Assembly (NCBI RefSeq): GCF_009914755.1
Contig: NC_060929.1
Source of the DNA: the human T2T-CHM13v2.0 reference genome, Homo sapiens
DNA length: 64,000 nt
Reading direction: 5' to 3' (one strand)
The notes beneath the pieces are model-generated. The model was given only the letters and a program-made list of their open reading frames with translations, was not told the origin of the DNA and searched no databases. Shown piece after piece: positions 62,101 to 64,000 of the stretch. Made by a program: the position numbers and the translations under genes. The number at the start of each line of letters is the position of its first letter. Position 1 is the stretch's first letter.

Positions 62101-64000
62101 CTGTGATACTAAGTTATAGAGAAAAAGAGAGAAATGGTTTTGAGGGGATAACAATAGAATACAATAATTCATATGTGAAAGCAACAGGAAAATACTCTCA
62201 GGTACACATGTTAAATAAATGTACCATCCACACGTCTATCTTTAAAATAATACTTGAAGAAATAGCTTCAATTGGCAAAATGACTCATAAGTCAAGAACC
62301 AGGATAACTTGTATAAAAGCATGGCAATTTCTTCTTCAATTCAAAGTCTCTGCCTTTAGGAAATAATTTTATATGCTATGATTTGTTATACAAAGATATT
62401 AATTGAAGCATTATTTCTTTTAGTTAAATGTTATAAACAAGCAAACTGACCAATATTTTCAAAATGTCCAAATGACAGATTATTCTTCAGTCATTGAAAG
62501 TAATATTGAGGAAAAAATTTAAGTATGTGAAAAAACACAAGAAAAAGTTAAATGAAGAAAACATGATAGAAGTTTGTTATGCAAAATAATATTTATTATG
62601 TAAAAACACAAAAGAAAATAGATCAGAAGAAAATATATTTGATGTCAACTATGGTGCCTCTAAATAGGAGGATTAGGATTGAGCTTTATGCTTTAATGCA
62701 GGTTCAAAAGTTTCTAGGAAAACCTTGAAGATAGGGATGGAGAAAGCAGAAAGAATCAAACTTTTAGAACTAGAAAAGACTTTAGAGATTGTCTAGTATT
62801 GTGGCTCCCAACCATGAAGCCATTTCTGGAAGTCTTTAAGCAATGTTTAGTGTTTCAAATAATAACAAGAAGGTACATTTATTACACATTCACTGCAAGC
62901 TAGTCACTATGATAACTCCTTTACATATACTCCCTCCAAGTTTAAGAAGAGTCATTCAGGTATTCATCAAAAGGTCTAGAAACCATATTTCAGGTCTTCT
63001 AATAACTGGTCCAATAGCCTTTCTAACACCCCACAATTCGCATGACTCTAGGTCTAGAGTGTTCTCATAGTGTTAATTGTTGGGACATTTGGTTTTCACT
63101 GGAGTAGATCATACTTTATTCTCAGGAGGAGAATATTTGGAATATTTTTGCAGAAGCACTTATAATGCAAATCTCTTGGAGCCTGATGGAATTGGCTTTC
63201 AAATATGACTCAACAACTTAAAAGCTGGATGGTTTTAGGCAAGTCAATTAACCTTTCTGAATCTCTATATCCTCACAGAAGTGTTGTAAGAATTTAATTA
63301 GATGACACATATGGAGTGCCTGGCACATTGCCTAGCATGTAAGCCTCCATTGTAACTATTGATTATCACCACCCTTTCACAGAGTCTTCAATATCTGCAC
63401 TGATGATCCCATTTGACACTCTGACCTTGTAATCTGAAATGGGGAACACTCTATGTCCCATTTTCAAACATAATGGAGCAGCTTTCAATTGCCCTATAAC
63501 TTGCTCCGAGTGCCCTCTTCTATTACGCTGTTTAATTGAACACTAAGTACTGCAGTTCCTCTTGGCAAGGGTTCTAAGGAGCTTCCTGCTTACTTGCAAA
63601 TCTGCCTCTGACGCGGCCTATTTTCTTTGCCTCTCACAATGCCAATGGTAGCCTCTGTGGAGACCTCAAGCAAGGCTGGCTAAGCCACAGGTAGCAGGCA
63701 GCAGGCAACTTTCTCACATGAAGTAACTCCAGTGCCAGCCTGGCATGAATGTGGGCATTTCTGCTTTACTTACTCCTTTGGTCTAAGTCATGCAACAGAC
63801 CCAGACCTACTGATGAAAGAAGTAAGTTACAAGACTGACATCTTCTTTCATCTGAATGGACAAGTTCCAGGAAAAAGGCAATGGAGGAAGGTTGGTTCAG
63901 AGACACATTTGGCTGCAAACTACCCCTCCAGTCCCCTCCTTTTCTCATCTTCTCACAGCCTGGCACAGACTATCACAATCCCAACAAGATTTCGCCCACT

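Overview
Primate (human-like) genomic DNA, intergenic or deep intronic, dominated by interspersed repeats. No intact host protein-coding gene could be supported; nearly all long ORFs in the track are LINE-1 ORF1/ORF2 remnants or their antisense shadows. Main elements: a full-length ~6.02 kb L1PA2/3-type element (37449-43472, minus strand, perfect 16-bp TSD, both ORFs disabled); a 5'-truncated L1PA6/7-like element with an apparent 3' transduction (5895-8813); two old inverted (twin-primed) L1 composites (10125-15100, 52085-54366); MaLR/ERVL solo LTRs; eight Alus; DNA-transposon MITEs (MER2, MER5A, MER20, MER33, MADE1); L2/MIR relics and microsatellites. The most unusual signals are (i) templated-insertion scars inside both inverted L1s, each with a fold-back junction and a 170-260 bp copy of nearby sequence that looks much younger than the host element, (ii) the 3' transduction, (iii) a unique segment whose translation resembles a decayed protein-kinase C-lobe (speculative), and (iv) motif-dense candidate enhancers, including a perfect PBX-HOX site flanked by MEIS sites. 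I found no convincing new gene system. Subfamily calls are from recalled consensus sequences, and all identities were counted by eye.
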